This document shows positions 9,799 through 19,932 of a DNA stretch of 64,000 nt, piece by piece. A program made the translations under genes and the position numbers. The stretch's first letter is position 1, and every line of letters begins with the position of its first letter. Under the pieces are notes generated by a model. It did not search any database and was not told the origin of the DNA. It saw only the letters and a program-made list of their open reading frames with translations. The stretch covers positions 128,001 to 192,000 of the forward strand of contig CAWAXX010000012.1 of assembly GCA_963786105.1 (NCBI GenBank), in the 5' to 3' direction. This DNA comes from Vulcanimicrobiota bacterium. GTDB lineage: Bacteria; Vulcanimicrobiota; Vulcanimicrobiia; Vulcanimicrobiales; Vulcanimicrobiaceae.

Positions 9799-10736
9799 AA
9801 CGTACAGCCAAGATCGTCGTCGTCATGGGCGGGAACAGCGCGGAGCGCGAAATTTCGATCCGCAGCGGCGCTGGGGCGATGCAGGCGTTGCAAACGCTCG
9901 GTTACGATGCGTCGTCGCTCGACTACGACGAGCGGTTCGTCGAAGCCATTCGCGAGCGTAAGCCGGACGCCGTCTTCAACGCCCTTCACGGCCCCGGTGG
10001 CGAAGACGGTCACGTTCAGGCGTTGTTGGAGTACTTGGCCGTTCCGTATACGGGTAGCGGTTTGGAAGCCTCGTCGCTGTCGATGGATAAGCACTTGACC
10101 AAGAAGCTGCTCGCCGCCGAAGGCTTGCCTACGGCGGCGTGGGATCTCTTCGATTTGAGCGGCGGCACCTTACCGCTGCTGCCCGGTTCGCTCGACCTTC
10201 CGCTCGTCGTCAAGCCGCGGTTCGAAGGATCGTCGGCCGGCGTGGCGATCGTGCGCACGCACGAGCAATGGACCGCCGCGATGCTTTCGGCATCGAAGAG
10301 CTACTCACAAATTCTCGCCGAGGAATACGTCGACGGACGCGAGTTTACGTGCGCCGTCCTCGGCGAAGAGGCGTTGCCGATCGTTGAGATCGTCGCGAAT
10401 CGCTCGGAATTTTACTCGTTCGATTCGAAATACGAACCCGGAGGCAGCACCCACGTGGTACCCGCCCACATCGACGACGACCTGGCTGCGCGTCTGCAGA
10501 TGCTGGCGCTGTCCGCACACCGCCTGCTGGGACTGCGCGATTACTCGCGCACCGATTTCATCGTCAGCCACGACCTGCGTCCCTACGTTCTCGAAATCAA
10601 TTCGTTGCCGGGCCTCACGCCCACGAGCCTTTTCCCCGATGCGTGTGCGAGCGTCGGCATCACCTTCGAAGCGTTGATCGATCGGCTCGTTGGGTACGCG
10701 CTGGCACGCGGGGATCTTCGCGACGCCGTCGCGTAG
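9795..10736 (+). CDS. ddl: D-alanine--D-alanine ligase
   Basis: GGNSAEREIS, LHGPGGEDG, MDKHLTK, GSSAGV and EINSLPG motifs; ATGA overlap with murB. Confidence 0.95.
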   Translation: MKRTAKIVVVMGGNSAEREISIRSGAGAMQALQTLGYDASSLDYDERFVEAIRERKPDAVFNALHGPGGEDGHVQALLEYLAVPYTGSGLEASSLSMDKHLTKKLLAAEGLPTAAWDLFDLSGGTLPLLPGSLDLPLVVKPRFEGSSAGVAIVRTHEQWTAAMLSASKSYSQILAEEYVDGREFTCAVLGEEALPIVEIVANRSEFYSFDSKYEPGGSTHVVPAHIDDDLAARLQMLALSAHRLLGLRDYSRTDFIVSHDLRPYVLEINSLPGLTPTSLFPDACASVGITFEALIDRLVGYALARGDLRDAVA

Positions 10737-10764
10737 CGGCCGCACCTGAGGTGATCGGGCGAAT

Positions 10765-13467
10765 GTGAGCGCGGCGCTTCCGACCGGTACGGTGACCTTT
10801 CTGTTCACCGACATCGAAGGCAGTACGGCCCTTTGGGAGCGCTGTCCGGAAGCCATGCGCGACGCCCTCGCCGATCACGATGCGATCGTTCGCAGGGCGG
10901 CCACGGATCGCGGCGGCATCGTATTCAAGACCGTCGGCGATTCGTTCTGCTGCGCGTTCGCGCGCCCCGAAGACGCGGCCGGCACTGCGGTCGACGTGCA
11001 GCGCGCTCTGGCGAGCCACGCTTGGCCGGACGAGGTCGGTGAAATTCGCGTACGGATGGGCATCCACACCGGAAACGCCGTGGAACGCGACGGCGACTAC
11101 TTCGGTCCGACGGTCAATCGCGTCGCTCGCCTGATGTCGATCGGAAACGGCGGACAAATTTTGGTATCGTCGTCGACGGCCGCGCTGCTGCGAGGAACGC
11201 TTCGCAAAGGCGTTGCGCTGCGGGATCTCGGAGCGCACCGGCTGCGGGACCTCAGTCAAGCCGAAACGACGTTTCAGCTCGACGCCGAGGGGTTGCGCGT
11301 TGATTTTCCGACGCTGGCGTCGCTGGATACGCGACCGAACAACCTCCCATCTCAGATATCGAGCTTCATCGGCCGCGAACGAGAACTCGACGACCTCCAG
11401 ACGTTCCTGCGGGAACACCGGCTCGTTACGATTACGGGGCCGGGCGGCATGGGGAAGACGCGTTTGGCGCTGCAGGTGGCCGCCTCGACCATCGGAGGTT
11501 TTCAAGATGGGGCCTGGCTGGTCGAGCTAAGTTCGATCGGCGATCCGTCGCTCGTTTTCCAAACGATCGCGAGTGCACTCGGGGTGCGCGAGATTCGGCT
11601 CGAGTCGATCGAAGAAACGTTGCTGCGCGAGCTGTCGCGCAAACAGCTCCTGTTACTAGTGGATAACGCGGAACATCTACTGGCGGACGTTGCGGCTGCG
11701 GTGAAGGCGATCCTGACGCGCTGTCCCAACGTTCGCGTGCTGGTCACGAGCCGGGAGCGGCTGCATTTAACCGGCGAGCAGACGTATCGCCTCCTCGCGA
11801 TGCCGGAAGCTCCGCCGGAGGTGAGAGCCGGCGACTTGTCGGAGCACGACAGCACGCGACTTTTTCTCGAACGTGCGCGAGCGATCGCGCCCGAATTCGT
11901 CGTCGCCGATCGAGATGCCGGTGAGATTGCGTCGCTGTGCCTTAAGCTGGAAGGTATTCCCCTCGCAATCGAATTGGCCGCGGCCCGCGTGACGAGCCTT
12001 TCCGTTCGGCAACTTAACGAACGCTTGAGCGAGCGTCTCGTACTGCTGGCCTCGAAAGACAGCACGTTGGGGCGGCATCGAACGCTGCGCGCCACCATCG
12101 ATTGGAGCTATCGTTTGCTGAACGAGGACGAGAAGCGCGTGTTTCCAGCGCTCTCGGTCTTCGCTAACGGCTTTACCCTCGAGGCGTGCGAACGCGTGGC
12201 TCCGGCAAAGGACGCCGCAACCCTGGACGTCCTCCAGTCGCTGGCGGAAAAATCGTTCGTTCAAGCCGACTTACGTTCCGAAGGCGCGCGGTTTCGTCCG
12301 CTCGACGTCATGCGAGAATATGGCTGGGCCGAACTCGAGGCGGCCGGTTTGGCGGCCGAAACTCAACGCCGGCATGCGACCTACTATGCCGAGTTTGCGG
12401 CTCGCGGTGAGCGCGTATCGGCCGGCGATGCCTCAGCCTGGTACCGGCAGCTCGACGACGAGACGCACAACCTGCGTCTGGCACTCGAGTGGTGCGTTCG
12501 CAACGACGCGGTCAAAGGTGCGAGCCTCGGGCTCGACCTGACGGCCTATTGGCGCGTCCGCAGCAACATCACCGAAGCGCGCGCCCGCTTCGCGCAGCTC
12601 TTGACGTTGAGAGGAATCGAGGCCCGACAGCGTGCGGCGCTGTTGTGTTGCGCCGCCGGCTTTGCCGCCATGCAGGACGACTTCGCCCAATCGCTGTCGC
12701 TTGCCGAGGAGGCGCTGTCGCTGTACCGCGAAGCTGCCGATTCCGAGGGAACGGCCGAAGCGCTCTTTCGAATTGCGGAAGTAGAACATCGCAAGGGGCG
12801 TTTGGCGCGAGCCAAGGAGTTATACGAAGATGCGCGCCATCTCTTCGTGACCGTCGGCAAACGGCGCGGCGAGATGCTGTGCATTGCGAATCTAGGAATG
12901 CTCGCGCGGCAACAAGGCGATTATCACAGCGCGAAGTCGCTGCTGGAAGACGCACTCGCTCGCGCGCGCGCCCTGGGCGAGCGCCGAATCGTCGGCGATT
13001 CGATCATCGCGCTGGGATGGATCAATCTCTATTTGGAAGACCTCCACGCGTCGAAGGAACTTTTCGAACGGGCGCTTGCGGAAAAAGAAGCAGAGCGGGA
13101 CCGGTACGGCATTTGCAGCGCGCGTCACGGCCTGGCGACGGTGGCCCTGAAAGACGGACGGCTCGAGGAAGCTTTCGAGCAGTTCAAAGAAACCATCAAC
13201 ATGGCGCTCGACTTGCAGCTCCAGGACTATCTATTCCGAGGATTCGACGGAGTCAGCGCCGTGCTGGCGTTAAAAGGCGACGTCGAAAGCGCGGCTCGCT
13301 ACCTCGGACTCGCCGAGCGGCTCTTTCGCGAAAGTGGACGCGAACTGCGCGACAGCATTGCCTACGACCGCGCGTCGCAGTCGATCGAGTCGGCCCTAAG
13401 CCCGTCGCGTTTTTCCGAACTGCTGGCGGACGGAGCCGGGATGCGCGTATTCGACGCTATCCTATGA
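10765..13467 (+). CDS. Class III adenylate/guanylate cyclase + STAND-type P-loop ATPase + TPR signalling protein
   Basis: FLFTDIEGST, KTVGDS, RMGIHTG and FGPTVNRVARL cyclase motifs; GPGGMGKT Walker A; LLVDNAEH; GIPLAIELAAA; helical repeats at C-terminus. Confidence 0.88.
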   Translation: MSAALPTGTVTFLFTDIEGSTALWERCPEAMRDALADHDAIVRRAATDRGGIVFKTVGDSFCCAFARPEDAAGTAVDVQRALASHAWPDEVGEIRVRMGIHTGNAVERDGDYFGPTVNRVARLMSIGNGGQILVSSSTAALLRGTLRKGVALRDLGAHRLRDLSQAETTFQLDAEGLRVDFPTLASLDTRPNNLPSQISSFIGRERELDDLQTFLREHRLVTITGPGGMGKTRLALQVAASTIGGFQDGAWLVELSSIGDPSLVFQTIASALGVREIRLESIEETLLRELSRKQLLLLVDNAEHLLADVAAAVKAILTRCPNVRVLVTSRERLHLTGEQTYRLLAMPEAPPEVRAGDLSEHDSTRLFLERARAIAPEFVVADRDAGEIASLCLKLEGIPLAIELAAARVTSLSVRQLNERLSERLVLLASKDSTLGRHRTLRATIDWSYRLLNEDEKRVFPALSVFANGFTLEACERVAPAKDAATLDVLQSLAEKSFVQADLRSEGARFRPLDVMREYGWAELEAAGLAAETQRRHATYYAEFAARGERVSAGDASAWYRQLDDETHNLRLALEWCVRNDAVKGASLGLDLTAYWRVRSNITEARARFAQLLTLRGIEARQRAALLCCAAGFAAMQDDFAQSLSLAEEALSLYREAADSEGTAEALFRIAEVEHRKGRLARAKELYEDARHLFVTVGKRRGEMLCIANLGMLARQQGDYHSAKSLLEDALARARALGERRIVGDSIIALGWINLYLEDLHASKELFERALAEKEAERDRYGICSARHGLATVALKDGRLEEAFEQFKETINMALDLQLQDYLFRGFDGVSAVLALKGDVESAARYLGLAERLFRESGRELRDSIAYDRASQSIESALSPSRFSELLADGAGMRVFDAIL

Positions 13468-13503
13468 ACGAGTCGATTCGAAGCAGGCCGCCCTGCGACC
13501 GGA

Positions 13504-13875
13504 CTATGGTGACAAGATGATCGTTCCGGTGGCGTTGACGGTCTCGTTCGGGTGCGACGTGGTGTCGTCCACGGTTTGGATATCCATCGAGTCGCTAAAC
13601 TGAAGGCATTCTCCGGGCGGCCTCGGACACGAAGCCGCCGGCGGCGGCAGTGCGGACGCTTTCGTGGTAGTGAAGTCTATGTAGAGGTGGCATTTGCCAC
13701 TCTGTAAGCAATGAGACGATCCTCCTCGCTTGACTTTCACCAGACCATGTAAGTGACTCCCAATCGGATTTCCATCCTCCGGCTGGGGACAACTCTTTAG
13801 GGCGTATCCTACGACGAAAAACACGATCGCCGAGAGCACTCCGGTTACGACCATGCCGCTTCGCGAATTTTTCAT
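13504..13875 (-). CDS. Small Cys-containing membrane-anchored or exported hypothetical protein
   Basis: AAGGAG RBS upstream of ATG; N-terminal hydrophobic segment; 5 Cys; fills the gap between neighbours. Confidence 0.6.
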   Translation of the reverse strand: MKNSRSGMVVTGVLSAIVFFVVGYALKSCPQPEDGNPIGSHLHGLVKVKRGGSSHCLQSGKCHLYIDFTTTKASALPPPAASCPRPPGECLQFSDSMDIQTVDDTTSHPNETVNATGTIILSP

Positions 13876-13914
13876 TGCCGCTCCTTCGTAGTGTTGGTGG
13901 GAAGATTTGCGCCG

Positions 13915-14664
13915 TTAATGCCCCAGAACGGCCGTTACGGCGGCGCGGAATTCGTCGGAGTTCAGGCATTCGCTGAAGGTGCTCACCTCCGCGTCCATCT
14001 GTCCTCGTACGTCTTTAGCGATAGCCTCGCGCATCAACCGCTTCGTTTCGCGCAACGCGATGGGCGGGAGCTCTGCGAGCTTCGCCGCGATCGCGGCGGC
14101 GGTTTCGTCGGCGCGTTCGTCCGGGACGACTTTAGTAACGATGCCGGCGGCGAGCGCCTCCTCCGCGCTAAAGAACTCTCCTGCCAGCAGCATCCACGCG
14201 GCGCGCGTCCGCCCGGCGATCAGCGGCAAGAGCAGCGACGAGCCCGCTTCCGGTACGAGACCCAGTTGCACGAATGGAAGCCGGAATCGCGCCGTCGCAC
14301 CGGCGACGACGACGTCGGCGTGCAGCAGCATCGTCGTACCTATGCCGACGGCGTTTCCGCGCACCGCCGCCACCATCGGCTTCGAAAAGTCGCACAGGCG
14401 CGTCAGGAAGCCGACGACGGCATCGAGGACTGCCGCTTCTCCCGAGGTCGAAGCCCCGATGAAATCCCGCAAGTCGTTTCCCGCGGTGAAGTCGCTCCCG
14501 CCGCGAATCGTAACGACGCGAACTGCGTCGTTCGAATCGAAGGCTTCGAGTGCGTCCGCCATGGCGGCATACATCGCGGTGCTGATGGCGTTCTTCTTCG
14601 CAGGGCGGTCGATGCGAATGTCACCCACGGCGGAATTCGTGGAGACGACGATCTCTGCAGCCAT
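13915..14664 (-). CDS. Enoyl-CoA hydratase/isomerase (crotonase) family protein
   Basis: RPAKKNAI, FTAGNDL, AVGIGTTML and PFVQLGLVPEAGSS motifs. Confidence 0.9.
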   Translation of the reverse strand: MAAEIVVSTNSAVGDIRIDRPAKKNAISTAMYAAMADALEAFDSNDAVRVVTIRGGSDFTAGNDLRDFIGASTSGEAAVLDAVVGFLTRLCDFSKPMVAAVRGNAVGIGTTMLLHADVVVAGATARFRLPFVQLGLVPEAGSSLLLPLIAGRTRAAWMLLAGEFFSAEEALAAGIVTKVVPDERADETAAAIAAKLAELPPIALRETKRLMREAIAKDVRGQMDAEVSTFSECLNSDEFRAAVTAVLGH

Positions 14665-14734
14665 TGAAGCGGTGATTCAACGCTTGGTTGGCTGCATCCT
14701 TAGGAGATTGCATGGGGCCGGAGAAGGTGCTTCC

Positions 14735-16126
14735 ATGGAAATCGGCTGCCGCTGTCCACACGCGCCTTATTCGCACGCCGTCGTCGCCGAGGCTCGGCGC
14801 GTTCTCGGGCGGCGCGCCTTCCTTATGGGAACGGTTGCCGCCGGAACGACCCTCCTGTTACCGTGGCGAGCGCGAGCCGCCGACGGCGTGGTGGTGCTCA
14901 AAGCCGCGCGACTGTTCAACGGGCAATCGATGCAGTCGCCCGGCGTACTGGTCGTCGCCGGCGATCGCATCGTCTCGATGCACGCGGGCGATGCGGGAAG
15001 CGCCGCACCGGTCGTCGAGTTTGGCGATGCCACCATTATGCCCGGCCTTATCGACTGCCACACGCACGTTGCCGCCTTCGTGCTTCCGTCGTACTACCTG
15101 ACGACGATGTTCCCCAAGTATCGCGTTGCCGACAACGTCCCGGAAGCTACGATTTACAGCGTTCGCAACGCGCAAGCGATGCTGAAGAATGGATTCACGA
15201 CGATTCGTGACGTGGGCGGGGGCGCCGGCATCGATTTGGCGATCCGCGACGCCGTCAACGACGGAGCCATCGTCGGCCCGCGAATCTTCGCGGCGGGGCA
15301 AGCGCTCTCGATCACCGGCGGTCATGGCGATTCGAACGACGTTCCCGGTTGGGTCGAAGAGGATCCGACGGTGAAGGGCGGCGCGATTGCGTACGGCCCG
15401 TACGGTTTTCGCGAACTCGTACGGCAGCACGTGAAGTTACACGTCGATCACATCAAGATCTTGGCCACCGGCGGGGTACTTTCGTACGGTGACGTCTGGG
15501 ACATACCGCAGTTCAATCTCGACGAAGTGCAGGCGGTGGTCGAAGAATCCACCAAATTCCGGCGCAAGGTCGCGGCGCACGCCCACGGCGACCCGGGGAT
15601 ATCGGTTGCGGTCGAGGGGGGCGTGCACTCGGTCGAGCACGGTACCGGCGTAGGCGAGAAGACGCTGCATTCGATGCAGCAACGCGGCACCAACCTCGTG
15701 CCGACGATCTGGGCGCTCGACTCGATCTTACAGCCGGGGAATCCAAACCACATTCCCGCGCAATCGGTGCGTAAGGCCGAATATGCCGCACAGCTTCGCA
15801 ACGAAGGTATGCATCGCGCCATCGCGGCGAGCGTCACGATGGCGTACGGAACGGATGCCGGCGTTTTTCCGCACGCGCAAAACAATAAGGACTTCGCCCT
15901 GATGGTCGGATTGGGAATGCGACCGATCGACGTGTTGCGCTCCGCGACCGTCAACGCCGCCCGGCTCGTCGGCGCCGGCGACCGCGGCGCGCTCGAACCG
16001 GGGAAGCTGGCCGACGTCGTGGTCTTCAACGGCGACCCGCTCGCGCAGATCGGCCTGATGGAACGGCCGCCGGCGATGGTGATGCTGGGCGGTCAAAAAA
16101 TCGATCCGGCGCGACTTCCGAGCTAA
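14735..16126 (+). CDS. Tat-exported metal-dependent amidohydrolase (Xaa-Pro dipeptidase-like)
   Basis: GRRAFL twin-arginine motif and ARA cleavage site; PGLIDCHTH, IKILATGG, AHAHG, EHG and GTDAG motifs; start reassigned to ATG 14735. Confidence 0.85.
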   Translation: MEIGCRCPHAPYSHAVVAEARRVLGRRAFLMGTVAAGTTLLLPWRARAADGVVVLKAARLFNGQSMQSPGVLVVAGDRIVSMHAGDAGSAAPVVEFGDATIMPGLIDCHTHVAAFVLPSYYLTTMFPKYRVADNVPEATIYSVRNAQAMLKNGFTTIRDVGGGAGIDLAIRDAVNDGAIVGPRIFAAGQALSITGGHGDSNDVPGWVEEDPTVKGGAIAYGPYGFRELVRQHVKLHVDHIKILATGGVLSYGDVWDIPQFNLDEVQAVVEESTKFRRKVAAHAHGDPGISVAVEGGVHSVEHGTGVGEKTLHSMQQRGTNLVPTIWALDSILQPGNPNHIPAQSVRKAEYAAQLRNEGMHRAIAASVTMAYGTDAGVFPHAQNNKDFALMVGLGMRPIDVLRSATVNAARLVGAGDRGALEPGKLADVVVFNGDPLAQIGLMERPPAMVMLGGQKIDPARLPS

Positions 16127-16325
16127 GGGGTATCGAGCGGGCGCAGGCTCCATCCGGGACCGGGCTTGGGCGGGGGCGGTCCGCCCCACGAGATTGGCGC
16201 TCGGCTGCGGGCTCGCCAGAGTACCCCCTAAGGTGGCACGTCCGCGCGGCGAAAGGGGTTAATAATGGGGACTGAAAACTTTGCGCTCCCCGCACTATTC
16301 GCGGAATTTCTATTGGGAGGAAATC

Positions 16326-17492
16326 TTGCCAACCGTTGTCGATCGGGGCCTCGAGGGCGTCGTCGTAGGATCTACCCAACTCAGTAACGTCGAAGGAACC
16401 ATCGGGCGTCTCACCTATCGCGGTTACGATATCGACGATCTCGCTCCCAGCGCGACCTTCGAAGAAATCGTCCACCTGCTGCTGCACGGCCACCTGCCGA
16501 ATCGCGCCGAACTCGAAACGCTCAAGCGCGAGCTGGGCTCGCGCCGCTCGCTGCCGGAGCCGTTGATCAGCGCGATGCAGAACGTTCCCAAGACGGCGTG
16601 GCCGATGGACGTGCTGCGAACGATCGTCAGCGGGCTCGGCCTGTTCTCTCCGGTCAACGCTCGCGGCGAGCATCTTTCCGACGTACATACGGCGATCGAG
16701 CTGATTGCGAAGATGCCGACCATCGTGGCGGCGTGGGACCGCATTCGTCGCGGGCTCGACGCGGTGGAACCGCGCGCCGACCTGTCGCAAGCCTCCAACT
16801 TTCTGTACATGCGCTCGGGCAAGATGCCGCACGCCATCGAGGCGGACGCGCTGGATACCTATTTCGTGCTGCTCGCCGACCATTCGTATAACGCGTCGAC
16901 CTTTGCCGCCCGCGTAACCGCCTCGACGCGCGCCGATTTGTACGCGTCGGTGACCGCAGCGCTCGCAACGCTGCAAGGGGATCTTCACGGCGGCGCAGCT
17001 ACCGCGTCGTTCCGGGCGCTAACCGAAGTCGGCGATCCGGAAAATGCGGAGACGTACGTGCGTGAAGCGCTGGCGCGCAACGAACGCATCATGGGTATGG
17101 GCCATCGCGAATACAAGGTTCGCGATCCACGCGCGCGTCACTTGGAAGCGATGGCGAAGAAGCTGGCCGAACAAGAAGGCAACACTCGGTGGTATGAGAT
17201 CGCCAAGGGCCTCGAAGACGCGAGCCGCAAGGTTCTGCAAGAGAAGAAACCCGACAATACCATTTATGCGAACGTCGACTTCTACACGGCTCCCGTACTC
17301 GCCGATTTGGGAATCCCGGGCGACGAGTTTACGTGCTTGTTCGCGTGCGGACGAATTGCCGGCTGGACGGGTCACGTCCTCGAACAACTCGCCGACAACC
17401 GTCTGATTCGACCTCAAGCCACCTACGAAGGGCCGCCGGCGGGACCGTTCGTTCCGATCGAAAAACGCGATGCCAACGGAGCAAGGAACTAA
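16326..17492 (+). CDS. Citrate synthase / 2-methylcitrate synthase
   Basis: GLEGVV, LTYRGY, DHSYNASTF, LHGGA, MGMGHREYK and NVDFY motifs; TTG start after GGAGG. Confidence 0.93.
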   Translation: MPTVVDRGLEGVVVGSTQLSNVEGTIGRLTYRGYDIDDLAPSATFEEIVHLLLHGHLPNRAELETLKRELGSRRSLPEPLISAMQNVPKTAWPMDVLRTIVSGLGLFSPVNARGEHLSDVHTAIELIAKMPTIVAAWDRIRRGLDAVEPRADLSQASNFLYMRSGKMPHAIEADALDTYFVLLADHSYNASTFAARVTASTRADLYASVTAALATLQGDLHGGAATASFRALTEVGDPENAETYVREALARNERIMGMGHREYKVRDPRARHLEAMAKKLAEQEGNTRWYEIAKGLEDASRKVLQEKKPDNTIYANVDFYTAPVLADLGIPGDEFTCLFACGRIAGWTGHVLEQLADNRLIRPQATYEGPPAGPFVPIEKRDANGARN

Positions 17493-17530
17493 GGTCCTCT
17501 GAAAGCGTCAACCTGTCGAGGCTCCCGAAC

Positions 17531-18250
17531 GTGATCGTAATTCCCGCGATCGATTTGCGCGGCGGGAAGTGCGTGCGCATGCAGCAGGGCGATCCGACGA
17601 CGACGTCGTCGTACGACGGGGACCCGGTAGAGCGAGCCAAAGCCTTCGTCGATGCGGGGGCCGAGCGGTTGCACGTGATCGATCTCGACGGTGCCTTTGG
17701 GTCGGGTGAAAACCTCGCCGCCGTGCAGGCCATTTGTGCCGCGGTCGACGTTCCGGTTCAAACCGGGGGCGGGTTGCGAGCGGTCAAGCATGCCGAGGCT
17801 GCGCTGGAGGCCGGCGCGGCGGAGATCATCATTGGCACGTTGCTGGTTGAAGACGAGCGTTTGTCGCGCCACATCATCGGGCGTTTCCCAGGGAAGGTGA
17901 TCGCGGGCATCGACGCGCGTGGCTCGCAAGTCGCGACCCACGGCTGGCAGGAGCGTACTCCGGTGGACCGCGATGCGCTCGTGCGCCGAGTCGCGCAGTG
18001 GGGAATCTCGCGCATCATCTTTACCGAGATCCGGCGCGATGGGATGGGCGAAGGCTACGACATCGATGCCCTCAACGCGGTCGCCGGCGTCGCCGGATTG
18101 GCGATCACCGCGAGCGGCGGCGCCCGTAACGTCGAAGACCTGCAAATCTTGAAACGCTCGGTGCCGCCGACGGTCGATTCGTGCATCGTCGGCAGCGCCT
18201 TGTACCAGGGGACGCTCGACCTGAAAGATGCCATTGCGGCCGTTGCCTGA
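17531..18250 (+). CDS. hisA: ProFAR isomerase HisA/PriA family
   Basis: IPAIDLRGGKCVRM, HVIDLDGA, QTGGGLR, RDGMGEG and ASGG motifs. Confidence 0.88.
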   Translation: MIVIPAIDLRGGKCVRMQQGDPTTTSSYDGDPVERAKAFVDAGAERLHVIDLDGAFGSGENLAAVQAICAAVDVPVQTGGGLRAVKHAEAALEAGAAEIIIGTLLVEDERLSRHIIGRFPGKVIAGIDARGSQVATHGWQERTPVDRDALVRRVAQWGISRIIFTEIRRDGMGEGYDIDALNAVAGVAGLAITASGGARNVEDLQILKRSVPPTVDSCIVGSALYQGTLDLKDAIAAVA

Positions 18251-19402
18251 TTAAGGGCTCCCGGTTCGTTCTCTCTCCAGGTAAATGCGCGGGAGTTCTG
18301 CCGGAAGGCGCGCCACGATTTCGTAGTTGATCGTTTCGCACCAGTAGGCCCAATCGTCGGCACCGATGCAGGCGTCACCATCGTTTCCGATCAGCGTCAC
18401 CTTCGAGCCGGCGTGCGCGTTTGGGGCGTGCGACAGGTCGATTTCGGTAACGTTCATCGCGACGCGGCCGACGATCGGGCAACGGGCTCCGTCGACGAGG
18501 AATGCGCCGCGATTGGAAAGCGCGCGTGGCACGCCGTCGCCGTAGCCGGCCGGCACGACGCCGACGCGCATATCGCGCGGCGCGCGGTAACTCGTGCCAT
18601 AGCCGATCGGCGATCCGGCGGCCACCGGACGCACGACCACCAGCTCCGATTCGTACGAAAGGGCCGGCTCGAGCAGGATACCGTGCGAGTTCGAAGCTTC
18701 GCGCGTTTGCTTCGACGGCCATAAGCCGTACAAGGCGATGCCGAAACGCGAGAAATCGAGGCGCGTCTGCGGCCAGAGGATCGCCGCCGCCGAAGCCGCG
18801 ATGTGGCGCAGCGGGACGATTTGGCCTTTTTCGAACAGCGGCTCGGCCGACGCCAGCGCTCGCTCGAACGTCTCGAGCTGATGCATGGTAAACGGGGAAT
18901 CCAACTCTTCGGCGGAGGCCAGGTGCGAGAAGACGCCGGCGATGTGAAGTTCCGAAACGTGAAGGTAGTCTTCGACGGCGTCTACGAGTTCGTGCGGCTC
19001 GAAGCCCAAACGGTTCAAGCCGGTATTTACTTTGAGGTGCACCGGCGCGCGCGTCTGACGGTTGCGGGCGGCGTTAGCGAGCTTGCGCGCGAACTCGCCG
19101 GTGTCCCACAGGGCGAGGTCGAGCTTGGCGGCCATGGCGTCGTTCAGCGCGTCGAGCGGCACCGGCCCCAGCACCAGGATCGGTGCGGTGATTCCGCCGT
19201 CGCGCAAAGCGACGGCCTCTTCGAAGGTATACACGCAAATGCGGCGCGCGAAGGGTTCGGCCGCCAAAGCGACTTCCACTAAACCGTGACCGTAGGCGTT
19301 GGTTTTGACGACGAAGGCCGCGTGTTTGGGCCCGACCATGTCGCGCAGCATCTTGGCGTTGCGGCGAATCGCGCCGAGCGAGATGCGAAGCCGGCCGATC
19401 AC
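18251..19402 (-). CDS. alr: Alanine racemase
   Basis: VVKTNAYGHG PLP-lysine motif, HLKVNTGLNRLG, IGYG and GYGDG; GTG start coupled to the upstream stop. Confidence 0.93.
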   Translation of the reverse strand: MIGRLRISLGAIRRNAKMLRDMVGPKHAAFVVKTNAYGHGLVEVALAAEPFARRICVYTFEEAVALRDGGITAPILVLGPVPLDALNDAMAAKLDLALWDTGEFARKLANAARNRQTRAPVHLKVNTGLNRLGFEPHELVDAVEDYLHVSELHIAGVFSHLASAEELDSPFTMHQLETFERALASAEPLFEKGQIVPLRHIAASAAAILWPQTRLDFSRFGIALYGLWPSKQTREASNSHGILLEPALSYESELVVVRPVAAGSPIGYGTSYRAPRDMRVGVVPAGYGDGVPRALSNRGAFLVDGARCPIVGRVAMNVTEIDLSHAPNAHAGSKVTLIGNDGDACIGADDWAYWCETINYEIVARLPAELPRIYLERERTGSP

Positions 19403-19881
19403 GTACCGTTCCGCAGCGGCAGCGCGCGCACGACGTAGGCGACCGGAAGGCCGAAAAATACCGCGCACGCGATGACCGCGTTGATGAACGCGTTGGGCGT
19501 CGGCGGATAGGTGAAGTTATTGTCTGCCAACAGAATGACTTGCACGATCGTGTAGACGATCAAACCGTAGACGATTCCCGAGACCATCCAGCGTTGCGTG
19601 GCCGCCGGGCGAGTCGCCGCGAGGTACGCGTACCCGCCCGCCCAGCCGATGCCGACGATCGCATGTATGGCGGCTCCGGCGACGGCGTAGGCGGGATTGG
19701 CGAGGGCGACCTTGCCGAGCACCGTGGACGCAACCCACTGCCACATGGGCACGACGCCGGTGCGTTGCGGCAGCAGCGTCGTGGCCCACAGGTAGAGATC
19801 GATCGAGGTCCCGCCCGCGATGCCCGCGACGACGCCTTGAAAAAGAATGTGGCGCCACGAAATTCGAGGGCGGGAAATCAT
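19399..19881 (-). CDS. Hypothetical membrane protein (about 4 TM)
   Basis: Hydrophobic segments; stop overlaps the alr start (GTGA). Confidence 0.65.
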   Translation of the reverse strand: MISRPRISWRHILFQGVVAGIAGGTSIDLYLWATTLLPQRTGVVPMWQWVASTVLGKVALANPAYAVAGAAIHAIVGIGWAGGYAYLAATRPAATQRWMVSGIVYGLIVYTIVQVILLADNNFTYPPTPNAFINAVIACAVFFGLPVAYVVRALPLRNGT

Positions 19882-19932
19882 GCGGTGGCATTCGCCCAGG
19901 CGCTCGCGTGGCCTGGGCGAATCGCTCCCGAA

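Noticed and set aside
13979..14734. Long N-terminal extensions in the ORF track (amidohydrolase from 13979; likewise murF from 324, protease from 27108, ligase from 49368, aminotransferase from 43918)
   Set aside because: They overlap well-supported genes and are artefacts of stop-codon scarcity in high-GC DNA
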